Source: Squalus acanthias (lineage: Eukaryota). From it: DNA of 64,000 nt. A program made the translations under genes and the position numbers. Under the pieces are notes generated by a model that saw only the letters and a list, made by a program, of their open reading frames with translations, ran no database searches and was not told the origin of the DNA. Below, piece after piece: positions 10,677-50,824 of the stretch (its first letter is position 1; each line of letters starts with the position of its first letter). The stretch spans positions 104,224,001 to 104,288,000 of the forward strand of contig CM059432.1 in the NCBI GenBank assembly GCA_030390025.1, in the 5' to 3' direction.

Positions 10677-13600
10677 CATAGAGTCATAACGGCACAGAAG
10701 GAGGCCATTCGGCCCACCGAGTCCGTGCCGGCTCTCTGTAGAGCAAACCAGTCAGTCCCATTCCCCCGCTCTATCCCCGTAGACCTGCAAGTTTATTTCC
10801 CTCAAGTGCCTATCCAGTCTCCCCTTGAAAATATTGAGTGTCTCCGCTTCCACCACTTCCGTCAACAGCGAATTCCAGGTCCTCACCACTCGCTGCGTAA
10901 AAAAGTTTTCCCTCACGTCCCCCCTGTATCTCTTGCCCAAAACCTTAAATCTGTGTCCCCTAGTCCTTGTACCATCAACTAGTGGGAACAGCCTTTCCCC
11001 ATCTAGCCTATCCAAACCTGTCATAATCTTGTACACCTCTATCAAATCACCCCTCAACCTCCTTTGCTCTAATGAAAACAAATCCAGCTTCTCCAAACTG
11101 TCCTTGTAGCTAAGATCCCCCATCCCCGGAACCATTCTGGTAAATCTCCTCTGCACCCTCTCAAGTGCCTTCACATCCTTCCTAAAGTATGGTGACCAGA
11201 ACTGGATACAATACTCCAGTTGTGGCCAAACCAGCGCTTTATAAAGGTTCAGCATAACTTCTCTACTTTTGTACTCAATACCTCTATTTATGAAGCTCAA
11301 GATCCCATATGCTTTGCTAACCACTCTCTCAATATGTCCTGCCACCTTCAGGGACCTATGCATATTAACTCCCAGGTCCCTCTGCCCCTGCACACTCTTT
11401 AAAACTGTGCCATTAAGTGTATATTGCCTCTCCCTGTTCCTTCTGCCAAAATGCATCACCTCACTCTTCTCTGTATTAAATTCCATCTGCCACTTGTCTG
11501 TCCATTCTGCTAGCCTTTCTATGTCCTGTTGCAGTCGATTGGATCATCGTCACTGTTTGCCACACCCCCAAGTTTGGTGTCATCGGCAAATTTAGAAATT
11601 CTACTCTGTATTCCAATACCAGGTCATTTATATATATCACAAAAAGCAGTGGCCTCAGCACTGACCCTTGGGGAACACAACTGTCTACCATCCTCCAGTC
11701 TGAAAAACAGCCATTTATCACAACTCGTTGTTTTCTGTCCTTAAGCCAATTCTTTATCCAAGCTGTCACTGACCCACCTATTCCATGAGCCTCAATTTTG
11801 TTAACCAGCCTTCTATGTGGTACTTTGTCAAACGCCTTCCTAAAATCCATGTAGACAACATCCATTGCATTCCCTTCATCAATCCTCCGTTACTTCATCA
11901 AAAAATTCAATTAGATTAGTCAAACACGATCTGCCTTTTACAAATCCGTGTTGGTTCTCCTTAATTAGCTTAAACCTCTCCAAGTGCCCGTTAATTTTTT
12001 CCTTGATTATTGTTTCTAAAACTTTACCCACCACTGATGTTAAACTGACCGGCCTGTAGTTACTAGGATTGTCCTTACACCCTTTCTTGAACAATGGTGT
12101 CACATTTGCCACTTTCCAATCCTCAGGCACCTCCCCCGCATCTAGGGAAGATTGGAAAATTATGGCAAACCCTTCTGCTATCTCCTCCCCCAATTCCATT
12201 AGCAACCTGGGATGCAAGCCATCTGGACCAGGCGACTTATCCACTCTAAGCATACCCAGCCTTTCTCGTACATCCTGTCTATCAATTTTCACCCCTTCCA
12301 TTGCTTCTACCTTTTCTACTTCTACTGATATTTTGTCAGCATCCACCTCCTTAGTAAACACCGATACAAAGTACTCATTGAGTATTCTAGCCTTGCCCTG
12401 CGCCTCTAAGCATATATCAGCTTCTTTGTCCCTAATAGGCCCCACCCCACCTCTTACTACCCGCTTACTGTTTACATGCCGGTAGAAGATTTTTGGGTTC
12501 CCTTTTATGTTAACTGCCAATCTACTCTCATATTCTCTCTTTGCCAATCTTATTTTCATCTTCGCTTCCCTTCTCAACTTATTGTATTTGGTCTGGTTCT
12601 CCCTTGAAGAATTCACCTGACATTCATCATGCACCCTCTTTTTTTGTTTCATCATCTTCTCTATCTCCCTCATCATCCAAGGAGCCCTTGCTTTGGCTCC
12701 CTTACCCTTCCCTCTTGTTGGAATGTACCTAGCCTGTACTTGGAACATCTCCTCCTTAAAGATCACCCATTGTTCCGTTACAGTTTTTCCTGTCAGTCTT
12801 TGGTTCCATTTTACCCTGGCTAGATCCTTTCGCATCCCATTGAAGTTAGCCCTATTCCAGTTTAGAAGTTCCACTCGAGATTGTTCCTTGCTCCTCTCCA
12901 TTGCTAATCTAAATCTTATGATACGATGATCACTCGTACCCAAGTGTTCTCCAACAGACACTTGGTCGACCTGGCCTACCTCATTCCCCAGCACCAGATC
13001 CAGCAATGCCTCCTTCCTCGTTGGGCCAAGAACATACTGGTCAAGGAAATTCTCCTGAACACATTTCAGAAATTCCTCCCCCTCCTTTCCCTTTACCTTA
13101 GCAATATCCCAGTCGATATTGTCTCTGCAATTTCCCTGCAGATTTGCTCCTCTACCTCCCTCTCACTATTTGGAGGCCTGTAGAATACCCCCAATAGCGT
13201 GATCATACCCTTTTTGCTCCTCAACTCTAACCAAATGTATTCTGTCCTTGTCCCCTGAAGAACATCCTCCCTTTCCAACACTACAATGTCTTCCTTAATC
13301 AGCACTGCCACCCCACCTCCCCTTTTTCCTTCCCTATTTTTTCTGAACACCTAGAATATTAAGTGCACAGTCCTCACCGTTTTTAAGTCATGTTTCCGTT
13401 ATTGCCACAACATCATATTGCCACACGGCTAATTGTGCCTGTAGCTCACCAACTTTATTCACCACACTTTGTGCGTTTATGTACATGCATTCTAAACCCA
13501 TTTTTGAATTTTTCGTAGTCTTTCTTAGTCTGCTCCTATCTAATATGGTACTACTTCTGCCTCCAGCACTACCTTCCCCTCCAGTACCATCCAACACACT

Positions 13601-13900
13601 CACTCTTCCATGCACCCCATTCCTCCCCTCCACTCCTACATGCTGGTGCCCATCCCCCTGCCAAGCTAGTTTAAACCCTCCCCAACAGCACTAGCAAACC
13701 TTCCCGCGAGAATATTGGTCCCGGCTCTGTTGAGGTGTAACCCGTTCGGCTTGTACAGGTCCCACCTTCCCCTGAAATGGTCCCAATGCCTCAGAAATCT
13801 AAAGCCCTCCCTCCTGTACCATCTCTCCAGCCAAGCATTCATCTGTCCTATCCTCCTATTCCTGTACTCACGAGCATGTGGCACCGAGAGTATTCCGGAG
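10677..13900 (-). mobile_element. CR1 LINE, near-complete ORF2 (endonuclease-RT) plus ORF1 esterase C-terminus; 5' truncated and disrupted
   Basis: ORFs 10752-11486, 11476-11865, 11879-13006, 13093-13350, 13388-13633 (YDVVAITET, GVFYRPP, DFRKAFDKV, VPQGSVL); 13666-13900 contains NGLHLNRAG; CR1 tail at the 10677 end. Confidence 0.95.
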
Positions 13901-14419
13901 ATAGGAAAAGACCCTCTGGTCCATCTAACTTGTCCCACATAATTGTAATACCTTGTGTATCATAATACTGACACTCCCCACCCCACTTGGAAGCTGAGAG
14001 ATCTCCTGGGTGAGACGAAAAACCAGATAAAAACCCAGGCCAATTTAGGGGGATGGGAAATCTGGGAAATCTGGGAAATTCCCCCCCCCCCCCACCACCC
14101 CCAGGCAATCAAAACTAGTCCCGATCATCACTCTGGCCATGATAATTCGTTGCAGTACCTACCTTTTGTACGAGCTGATCTCCACCCCAGCCACAAACAG
14201 GTCCCGCTCTCGCTTGAAGGAAGTCAGCGAATCCATCCGGCATCTTGTTCCAGAAGTCCAATATTCTCTAGGAAAAGAACCACCTTTTGACATCTAACCT
14301 AGATCTGGCATTGTACAACGTAAAATTGTGACCCCAGATCCTCCCTAACCTATTTAATTGGAACAAACTGTCGACTCGAACACAATCTACTCGTGGGGCG
14401 AAACACAGGCATGTTGCAT

Positions 14420-15337
14420 ACAACAACTTGCATTTATAAAGCGCCTTTAACGTAGTGAAACATCCCAAGGCACTTCACAGGAATGCTTATCAAACAAAAT
14501 TTAACACCGAGCCATGTAAGGAGATATTAGGACTGAAGACCAAAAGCTTGATCAAAGAGGTAGATTTTAAGGAGCCTCTTAAAGGAGGAGAAGTAGAGAG
14601 GTTTAGGGAGCGAATTCCAGAGCTTCGGGCCGAGGCAGCTGAAGGCACGGCTGCCAATGGTGAAGTGATTAAAATCGGGGATGCACAGGAGGCCAGAATT
14701 GGAGGAACACAGCTCTCTAAGGGTTGTAGGGCTGGAGGAAGTTAAGAGATAGGGAGGGGCAAGGCCATGGAGGGATTTGAAAACAAGGATGAGAATTTTT
14801 AAATCGAGGCATTGCTTAACTGGGAGCTAATGTAGGTCAGCAAGCACAGGGGTGATGAGTGAATGGGACTTGATGCGAGTTAGGATACAGGCAGCAATGT
14901 TTGGATGAGCTGAAGTTTATGGAGGGTGGAAGATGTGAGGCCAGCAAGGAGAGCATTGGAATGGTCAAGCCTAGAGGTAACAAAGGCAAGGATGAGGCTT
15001 TCAGCTGAGGCAGGGATGGTGTCAGGTGTTGTTACCGAGGTGGAAATAGGCAGACTTAGAGATGGCGCGGATATGTGGTCGGATGCTTATGAGTCAAATA
15101 TGACACCAAGGTTGCGAACAGTCTGGTTCAGCCTCAGACAGTGGCCAGGGGAAAGGATGGAGTCGGAGGCTAGGGAACAGAGTTTGTAGCGGGGACCGAA
15201 GACGATGGGTTTGTCCTTCCCAATATTTAGTTGGAGAAAATTTCTGCTCATCCAGTACTAGATGTCGGACAAGCAGTATGACAATTTAGAGACAGTGGAA
15301 GGGTTGAGAGAGGTGGTGGTGAGGTAGAGCTGGGTGT
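14420..15337 (-). mobile_element. L2-type LINE, 3' part
   Basis: Tail caacaacttgcatttataaagcgcc shared with the Deu-SINE tail; body matches the L2 copy at 25660-26200. Confidence 0.8.
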
Positions 15338-18300
15338 TTATTTTTATTCGTTCCTAGGATGTGGGCATTGCTGGCAAGGCCAGCATTTATTGTCCATCCC
15401 TAATTGCCCTTGAGAAGATTGTGGTGAGCCGCCCTGCAGTCCATGAGGTGAGGGTACTCCCACAGCGCTGTTAGGGAGGGAGTTTCAGGATTTTGACGCA
15501 GCGATGAAGGAACGGCAATATATTTTCAAGCCAGGATGGTGTGTGACTTGGAGGGGAACCTGGAGATGATGATGTTCCCATGTGCCTGCTGCCCTTGTCC
15601 TTCTAGGTGGAAGAGGTTGCGGGTTTGGGAGGTGCTGCCGAAGAAGCCTTGGTGAGTTGCTGCAGTGCATCTTGTAGATGGTACACACTGCAGCCACAGT
15701 GCGCCAGTGGTGGAGGGAATAAATGTTTAAGGTGGTGGATGGGGTGCCAATCAAGCGGGCTCCTTTGTCCTGGATGGTGTCGAGCTTCTTGAGTGTTGTT
15801 GGAGCTGCACTCATCCAGGCAAGTGGAGAGTATTCCATCACACTCATCACTTGTGCCTTGTAGATGGTGGAAAGGCTTTGGGGAGTCAGCAGATGAAACA
15901 CTTGCCGCAGAATACCTCGCCTCTGACCTGCTCTTGTAGCCACAGTATTTATGTGGCTGCTCCAGTTAAGTTTCTGGTCAATGGTGGTCCCCAGGATGTT
16001 GATAGTGGGGAATTCGGCGATGGTAATCCTGTTGAATTTAAGGGGAAGTGGTTAGACTCTCTCTTGTTGGAGATAGTCATTGCCTGGCACTTGTGTGGCC
16101 CGAATGTTACTTGCCACTTATCAACCCAAGCCTGAATGTTGTCCAGGTCTTGCTGCATGCAGGCACGGGCTGCTTCATTTTCTGAGGAGCTGCGAATTGA
16201 ACTGAACACTGTGCAGTCATCAGCGAACATCCCCACTTCTGACCCTATGTTGGAAGAAAGGTCATTGATGAAGCAGCTGAAGATGGTTGGGCCTAGGGCA
16301 CTGCCCTGAGGAACTCCTGCAGCAATGTCCTGGGGCTGAGATGATTGGCCTCCAACAACTACAACCATCTTCCTTTATGCTAGGTATGACTCCAGCCCGT
16401 GGAGAGATTTCCTCTGATTCCCATTGACTTCAATTTTACTGGGGCTCCTTAATGCCACACTCAGTCAAATACTGCCTTGATTTCAAGGGCAGTCACTCTC
16501 ACCTCTGGAGTTCAGCTCTTTTGTCCATGTGTGGACTAAGGCTGGTGGAACCCAAACTGAGCATCGGTGAGCAGGTTATTGGTGAGCAAGTGCCACTTGA
16601 TAGCACTGTCGACGACACCTTCCATCACTTTGCTGATGATTGAGAGTAGACTGATGGGGCGGTAATTGGGCGGATTGGATTTGTCCTGCTTTTTGTGGAC
16701 AGGACATACCTGGGCAATTTTCCACATTGTCGGGTAGATGCCAGTGTTATAGCTGTACTGGAACAGCTTGGCTAAAGGCACGGTTATTTCTGAAACACAA
16801 GTCTTCAGCATGACAGCCAGGATGTTGTCGGGGCCCATAGCCTTTGATGTATCCAGTACATTCAGCAGTTTCTTGATCACGTGGAGTGAATTGAACTGGC
16901 TGAAGACTGATTCAGTGATGGTGGGGACCTCAGGAGGAGGCAGAGATTGATCATCCACTCAGCACTTCTGCCTGAAGATGGTTGCGAATGCTTCAGCCTT
17001 GTCTTTTGCACTCATGTGCTGGGCTCCGCCATCATTGATGATGGGGATGTCCACGGAGCCTCCTCCTTCCGTTAGTTGTTTAATTGCCCACCACCATTCA
17101 CGGCTGGATGTGGCAGGACTGCAAAGCTTTGATCTGATCTATTGGTTGTGGGATTGCTTAGCTCTGTCTATAGGATGTTGTTTCCGCTGTTTAGCATGTA
17201 TGTAGTCCCATGTTGTAGCTTCACGAGGTTGGCACTTCATCTTTAGGTACGCCTGGTGCTGCACCTGGCATGCTCTTCTACACTCCTCATAGAAACATAG
17301 AAAAATTGAACCAGGGTTGGTCCCCTGGCTTGATGGTAATGGTAGAGTTAGAGATATGCCGGGCCATGATGTTACAGATTCTGGTGGAATACAATTCTGC
17401 TGCTGGCCCACAGTGCCTCATGGATGCCCAGTTCTGAATCTATCCCATTTAGCACGGTGGTCGTACCACACAACACGATGGAGAATGTCCTCAGTGTGAA
17501 GACGGGACTTCTTCTCCACAAGGCCTGTGGTCACTTCTACCAATACTGTCATGGACAGATGCATCAGCGACAGGTGAGAACGAGGTCAAGTAGGTTTTTC
17601 CCCTTATGATGGTTCTCTCACCACCGTACGCAGTCCCGGTCTGGCAGCTATGTCCTTCAGGACTCGGCCAGCATGGTCAGTAGTGGTGTTACCGAGCCAC
17701 TCTCGACTTTGAAGTCCCTCACCCAGAGTACGTTCTGTGCCCTTGCTTCCCTCAGTGCTTCTTCCAAGTGGTGTTCAACAGGGAGTACCGATTCATCAGC
17801 TGACGGAGGGCAGTAGGTGGTAATCAGCAGGAGGTTTCCTTGCCCATGTTTGACCTGATGCCATGAGACTTCATTGGGTACAAAGTCAATGTTGAGGACT
17901 CCCAGGGTCACTCCCTCCAGATTGTATACCACTGTGGCGCCACCTCTCGAGGAGTCTGGGACATTGGCTGAAAGGTACGATTCTGTGAGTATGACTGTCA
18001 GTCTTGTCTAGTCTGTGGACAGCTCTCCCAATTTTGGCACTCGTCCCCAGATGTTGGCGAGGAGGACCTTACTGGGTCGACTGGGCTGGGTGCACCTCGG
18101 TCGATGGCAGGTGGTCCGTCCAGTTTTATTCTGTCTTCATCTTTGTCGCGGTTTGGTACAACTGAGTGGCTTGCTCAGCCATTTTAGAAGGCAGTTAAGA
18201 GTCAACCACATTGCTGTGGGTCTGGAGTCATATATAGGCCAGACCAGGTAAGGACGGTACATTGCCTTCTCTGAAGGACATTAGATGGGTTTTTACAACA

Positions 18301-18463
18301 ATGGTCGTAAGCTTCATTTACACAGTTATTGATACTAGCTTTTTATTCCAGATTTATTTAATTGAATTTAAATTCCCCAGCTGCCGTGGTGGGATTTGAA
18401 CTCATGTCTCTGGATCGTTAGTCCAGGCCTCTGGATTACTCGTGGAACTACTGTGCTACCGTA
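15338..18463 (-). mobile_element. Non-LTR retrotransposon (CR1/L2 group) with a tRNA-like 5' head, nested in the L2
   Basis: EN and RT fragments (LLLITTYCPPS, KAMGPDNI, NYRPISLLS, AGVPQGSALGP, MFADDC, VMEYSPLAW); head with B-box GAGTTCAAATCCC (18403-18391); LF-SINE-like tail at 15345-15420. Confidence 0.85.
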
Positions 18464-18465
18464 GC

Positions 18466-19845
18466 TGGTAGTGGTTATGTTAACGGTGTGGGAGTGGGAA
18501 GAGAAGCCGTTGCAGGTGATTCTCTGGCTAGGACTGGACAGATAAGAATGGAACCAGGCAAGTGTTGGCCTATCCAGTTGGATGACAGTGGAGAAGCCTT
18601 GGAGGAGGATGGTGTGGCCAACTGTGTCAAAGGCTGCAAACAGGCCGAGAAGGAAGAGTTTTACCATTGTCACAGTCACATAGGATGTTATTTGTGACTT
18701 TGATAATAGCCGTTTCGATACTGTGGCGGGGCAGCAAACTGATTGGAGGAATTTTTGTAATGAAGACTTGTGAAACTTGACATGAATTTTAAAGCTGAAG
18801 TATCCAACCGTTTTGAAAGATGGGCACGGATTTGGGAGGCAACAGCATGTTCAAAAACTTGAGAGGAAAGGGAGGTTTGAGATGGGGCCATAGATTGCAA
18901 GGACGGAGGGGTCAAGGACAAGGTTCCCGTTCAGCAGGTCCTACACAGCTGGCTCCATAGAGTTGTAATGGCAAAACCGTACATGCAAGGTAATTTGAAT
19001 GGGCCACGGACCCAAATAAAAATTACGGGGAACATTGATCAAAGCTTGGTTTTTTGAGAGGGGTGATGATGGCAGATTTGAAGGAGATGGGGGCAGTACC
19101 CGAAAAGAGAACACCGTTAACACTATCAGCTAACATGGGGGCCAGGAAGGAAAGTTGGGTGGTCAGCAGTTTATTGGGAATAGGGTAAAGAGAGCAGGAG
19201 GTGGGTCTCCTGCGGAAGCTGAGCTCAGAGAGGGAAGTTTGGCCCAGTGGCCATGGGGAAGTGGCAGAGGTAGCTGATCGGATGGCCTCAATCGTAGTGA
19301 CAATGAAGTCCATGAGCTCCTCGCACTTGTTGGAGGTGAGGATGGAGGAGAAAAGGGAGAGAGGTTTAAGAAGACCGTTTGCAGTAGAGAAAAGCAGCCA
19401 GGGGTTGTCTTTGCATTCCAGGATGATCCTAGAATAGTGAGCAGTTTTGGCAGACGAGAGCAGGACCCGATAGTGCTTTATGTGGTCCAGCCAGATCTGG
19501 CGGTTAATGGCTGAACAAGTTGTCCACCATATATGTTCAAGTCTGCGTCCCTTGTACTTAAGGGAGCGCAGATGAGGGCCATACCAGGGGTAACGACTAG
19601 GGTGAGAGTGTAATGGTTTTAATGGGGACTAGGGCATCAAAGGTAGAGGTGAGGGTGTGGTAGCTGCAGAAATGTCACGGTGAATGGAGGGCCAAAGGAT
19701 AGACAGTTGAGATTTTGAAAGTACAGTTGTAAGTAAATTGGGAAGAGTTTTTTTTTTCCAGGGACAGACACAGCAGGAAGTCGGGTTGGGAGGGTGAAGT
19801 GGGTGGAGAGCGATACAAGGAAGTGATCAGAGATGGCCTTACTTG
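18466..19845 (-). mobile_element. L2-type LINE, 5' continuation
   Basis: AAFDTVGHTILL, LAWFHSYLS, FKSAIITPLKK, ISDHFLVS fragments. Confidence 0.8.
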
Positions 19846-20468
19846 ACAATACAAAACGGTTGGATACTTCGGCTTTAAAATACATGTCAACTTTCACAAG
19901 TTTACAAAAAAAAATGTGGAATTTCAGTATCAGTTTTGGGTAAAACCTTTTTCAAATACTTCTACAGAAAAAGGGATTATTGAACAGAGCAACTGAGTGA
20001 AACATTGATCTTAAATAGATGTTAAGAACATCAAGATGAATAGGAAAATTCCATATGAAGCAAAGTTGCTGCTAAAGTATAATTTACTCAAATGCTGCAG
20101 CCTATACTGTACAAAATTACTGGAAAAGTTTTCAGGAATCTAAAATACCTCATTTATAGTCTGCCTGGCATGTTCCTTTCAGCTACATATACTAGAAAAA
20201 AATTCCTTCATCCCTTTCCAAGCTTGGACAACTCCGTAGGACTTTGCTCAATCATAAATGGAAACCCCATTTCCCCAATGAGTTCAGCCAAAAGTGATCA
20301 CATCCCATCAAGAATGATTGATATGCAGTAACTTCATACACACATACAAAATATATATATATATATATATACATACACACAAGCAAAGATACACGATATG
20401 AAACCAAAACTCAATGTGGTCTAAAACTTGCTTCATGAGACAAAAACCATCGATACTGTAACAATTAT

Positions 20469-20474
20469 TTTATT
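20469..20474 (-). terminator. Candidate rad21 polyadenylation signal
   Basis: AATAAA on the minus strand about 850 nt after the stop, in repeat-free AT-rich 3' UTR-like sequence. Confidence 0.45.
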
Positions 20475-21321
20475 AGAAAAGTTATACATAACAGCATGAA
20501 CTATCACTGTTCAGCAACATTTAATGATGACCTAATTAAGCAACAAACTAGAGACTCAGTAGCATAAGCAAAATGCTGCTTAAAATGAAAGCTTTCACCT
20601 TTTCCATAATTAAACATTCATTAAAAATTATCTACACATTTTATACAAAAGGGGAATATAAGCTTACAGGCACATTATTTTTAAAATAAAACAGCATTGT
20701 AACACTCCAGACTGTTAAAGCATCCTAAAATTGAGTATGTTTTTAAAATTAACTGAATAGTTTGTACGTCCTTGGTTGTATTTTAACAAATTGTTTGTAA
20801 TTCCAGTGGACAATGGACATACCGGTAGACTGTGTTCCAAAAATATCTCAATATAGAGGAACCAGCACACAATTATAAAAGTTAAATTAAGTGCAAGTGT
20901 TGAATACCAACTTCTCTATAGTACTGTGTTGCAGACATATGAATTTCATCAAATGACATCTTATCGAGACAGTCTACCAGCAGCAGTGGTGTTACACAAG
21001 TGACATTTCTGAATAATGCAATCAACAAAGCATAATTATGTCTGCACAGAAACATATTCATAATATACCTGAAACATTATGTATTTCTCCAATCATGATT
21101 TTCAGTATAAAACCTGTCAAGGAGTGTGAGTTATTTGTATTTATCATAAACACTGGAATAACACACCTATCCCAAAAAATTGAAGGGTTCTCTGTCCAAA
21201 ATAATCTTTTAACTCAATATACATTAAAACCAACTTACCAAAGTATTGTAATAGTCTCAATTCCCCATATGGGGCAATACATATCTAGTGAATAAACACT
21301 AGCCATTTAAGATCAACCAGA

Positions 21322-49066
<27,745 letters not shown>

Positions 49067-49253
49067 TCAGCACAAGATCATAAACCTAGACAAAGAAAAT
49101 TGCCATCAATAAACTGAAAGCTGCACATTTATTACATAATACCGCAATATACTTTTTCTTTTTCTAATTTCCTCACCCTAAATCTGACAGTGCCTAGCGT
49201 GCTTATCTTTAATGTGTATAACAGAGGCCTAAAACAATCCAGAAAAAGATATT

Positions 49254-50007
49254 GGTCCAGAAATTAAACAGTGAGGGTTCCTGCGGGGGTAAGGAATCCC
49301 AGCGATATCGCACTCCGCGCCTACCTTTTTGCTCCGGGCCCACACGAACTTTAGTCTGAAAGGCTCTCTCTCTTGGAACCGTGCAGTGCTTGCGTGACCC
49401 AGAGACGCAATTAGTTCGTGCGAGCTCTGGGATCACGTGATTCAGTTAGAGCCAATGGCAGCACACCATCTTTCATTCATAGTTTTGACAGGAAGACCTG
49501 TCAAAGCTATGAATACTATACCCCCCCAAAAGAACAGCTAAACCTCAATTAATTTTTTTTTTAAAAGCCATCACATTAATAAAATAAGTATAGTTAAATA
49601 AATTAACCACTTTAAACAAAAAATTAAATTTTTGAAAAAATGTAAAATCTTTTTAAAAGTTATAAAAATAAACTTACCTTTCTTTAAAGTCTCTAAAAAG
49701 ATAAACCTATTGAAAAAAATTTAAAATAACACTTAATTAACTACTTACCTTGTAAAAAGGGGGTCCTACGCCTGCTTTCTTTATGTGTAAAATCTTCACC
49801 ACTTACCTGCGCGTTCAAAGCTGACAAAATAACTAAGTGCACTGCGTGCGCACAGCCTGTAGCGCGCACGCGGTTCACTTAGGAACCGCCCCCTTTTGAA
49901 TTCACGAAGTGCCAGTTTCCCGCGCATGCAGGAAACCGGCAATTGGAGACCTAATACGCGAGAGTACACAGTGCGTACTCTCGCGTATTAGGTCTAATTT
50001 TCGGGCC
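49254..50007. mobile_element. PIF/Harbinger-type MITE with internal hairpins
   Basis: TIRs ggtccagaaatt / aattttcgggcc; ATT on both sides. Confidence 0.7.
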
Positions 50008-50274
50008 ATTCAAAATGTTACACAGAAAAAAAGGCATACTGCTTTCACAAACAAAATTTAAAAATCAACATTTAATCCGTTGGTCAGTTCTGAGGAAACG
50101 TCATCGACCTGAAACGTTAACTCGGTTTCTCTCTCCACAGATGCTGCCTGACCGGCTGAGTATTTCCAGGATTTTCTGATTTTATCTAAGTTTATGCAAC
50201 CCGGCCTCATAATTTAACCCGCGAAACCCTGGTATCATTCTGGTGAAATCTGCACTGCACCCTCAAGGCCAATA

Positions 50275-50824
50275 CAGGAAACTCTCTTTTAACTGGCACC
50301 TAAATATCCAGAAATCTCTCTTAACTGGCAAAATTCAGGAGTAGGTTCTGGTAAGTTTTACTATATATTAGTGGCCGTGTAACCGGGGTTCCTGCACCTG
50401 TGGCCATGCACCAGGGACTCCTGGATCTGTGGCCATGTAACTGGGGTTTTCCTTCATCTCTCTACACTGGATCGTAGCATTATATGGGCCAAGTCTTTGC
50501 TGAATGCTCGCTGTAAGATCTGTCACAAGACGGGAGATGCAGAAAACATGCTGTTGTGTGATGGCTGTGATCGAGGGCACCACACATACTGTTTGAGACC
50601 AAAGGTTAAGGTTTGTACATAGTACTTTTTAAATCAAAAAGCGTGTAGTTTAAAATTTTATTCTGGCTACTCAAAAGAAAATTCTTTAATGTGACCGGGG
50701 CTCCTGCACCTGTGGCCGTGTACGGGGCTCTCGTACCTTGGTAAGTATACCTCTCTGTCATCCGGACTTTTTGATCAACCGGCACCACGCCGTTCCCGCG
50801 TGCCGGTTAATAAAGAATTTCCTG
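50275..50824. mobile_element. Tc1/mariner (Tigger/pogo-like) non-autonomous element carrying a host gene fragment, inserted in an old CR1
   Basis: TA|CAGGAAACTCTCTTTTAACTGGCAC ... GTGCCGGTTAATAAAGAATTTCCTG|TC; CR1 sequence resumes across it. Confidence 0.8.
50446..50610 (+). pseudogene. baz1a: Captured BAZ1A (ACF1) PHD-finger exon fragment
   Basis: VFLHLSTLDRSIIWAKSLLNARCKICHKTGDAENMLLCDGCDRGHHTYCLRPKVK, no stops, followed by a GTTTGT donor and AT-rich intron-like sequence. Confidence 0.85.

Noticed and set aside
10608..13200. Plus-strand ORFs overlapping CR1 elements (and similar ones at 52-57 kb)
   Set aside because: Antisense shadows of CR1 ORF2.
1..20000. utp23, the usual tail-to-tail neighbour of rad21
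   Set aside because: No UTP23-like peptide recognised; it probably lies outside the window.
50446..50610. A real baz1a gene or processed pseudogene at this locus
   Set aside because: Only one partial exon, no acceptor, no other exons, no poly(A); it is enclosed by TIRs.
50370..50740. CRISPR-like array
   Set aside because: Degenerate tandem units without unique spacers, in eukaryotic DNA; it is a transposon-internal minisatellite.
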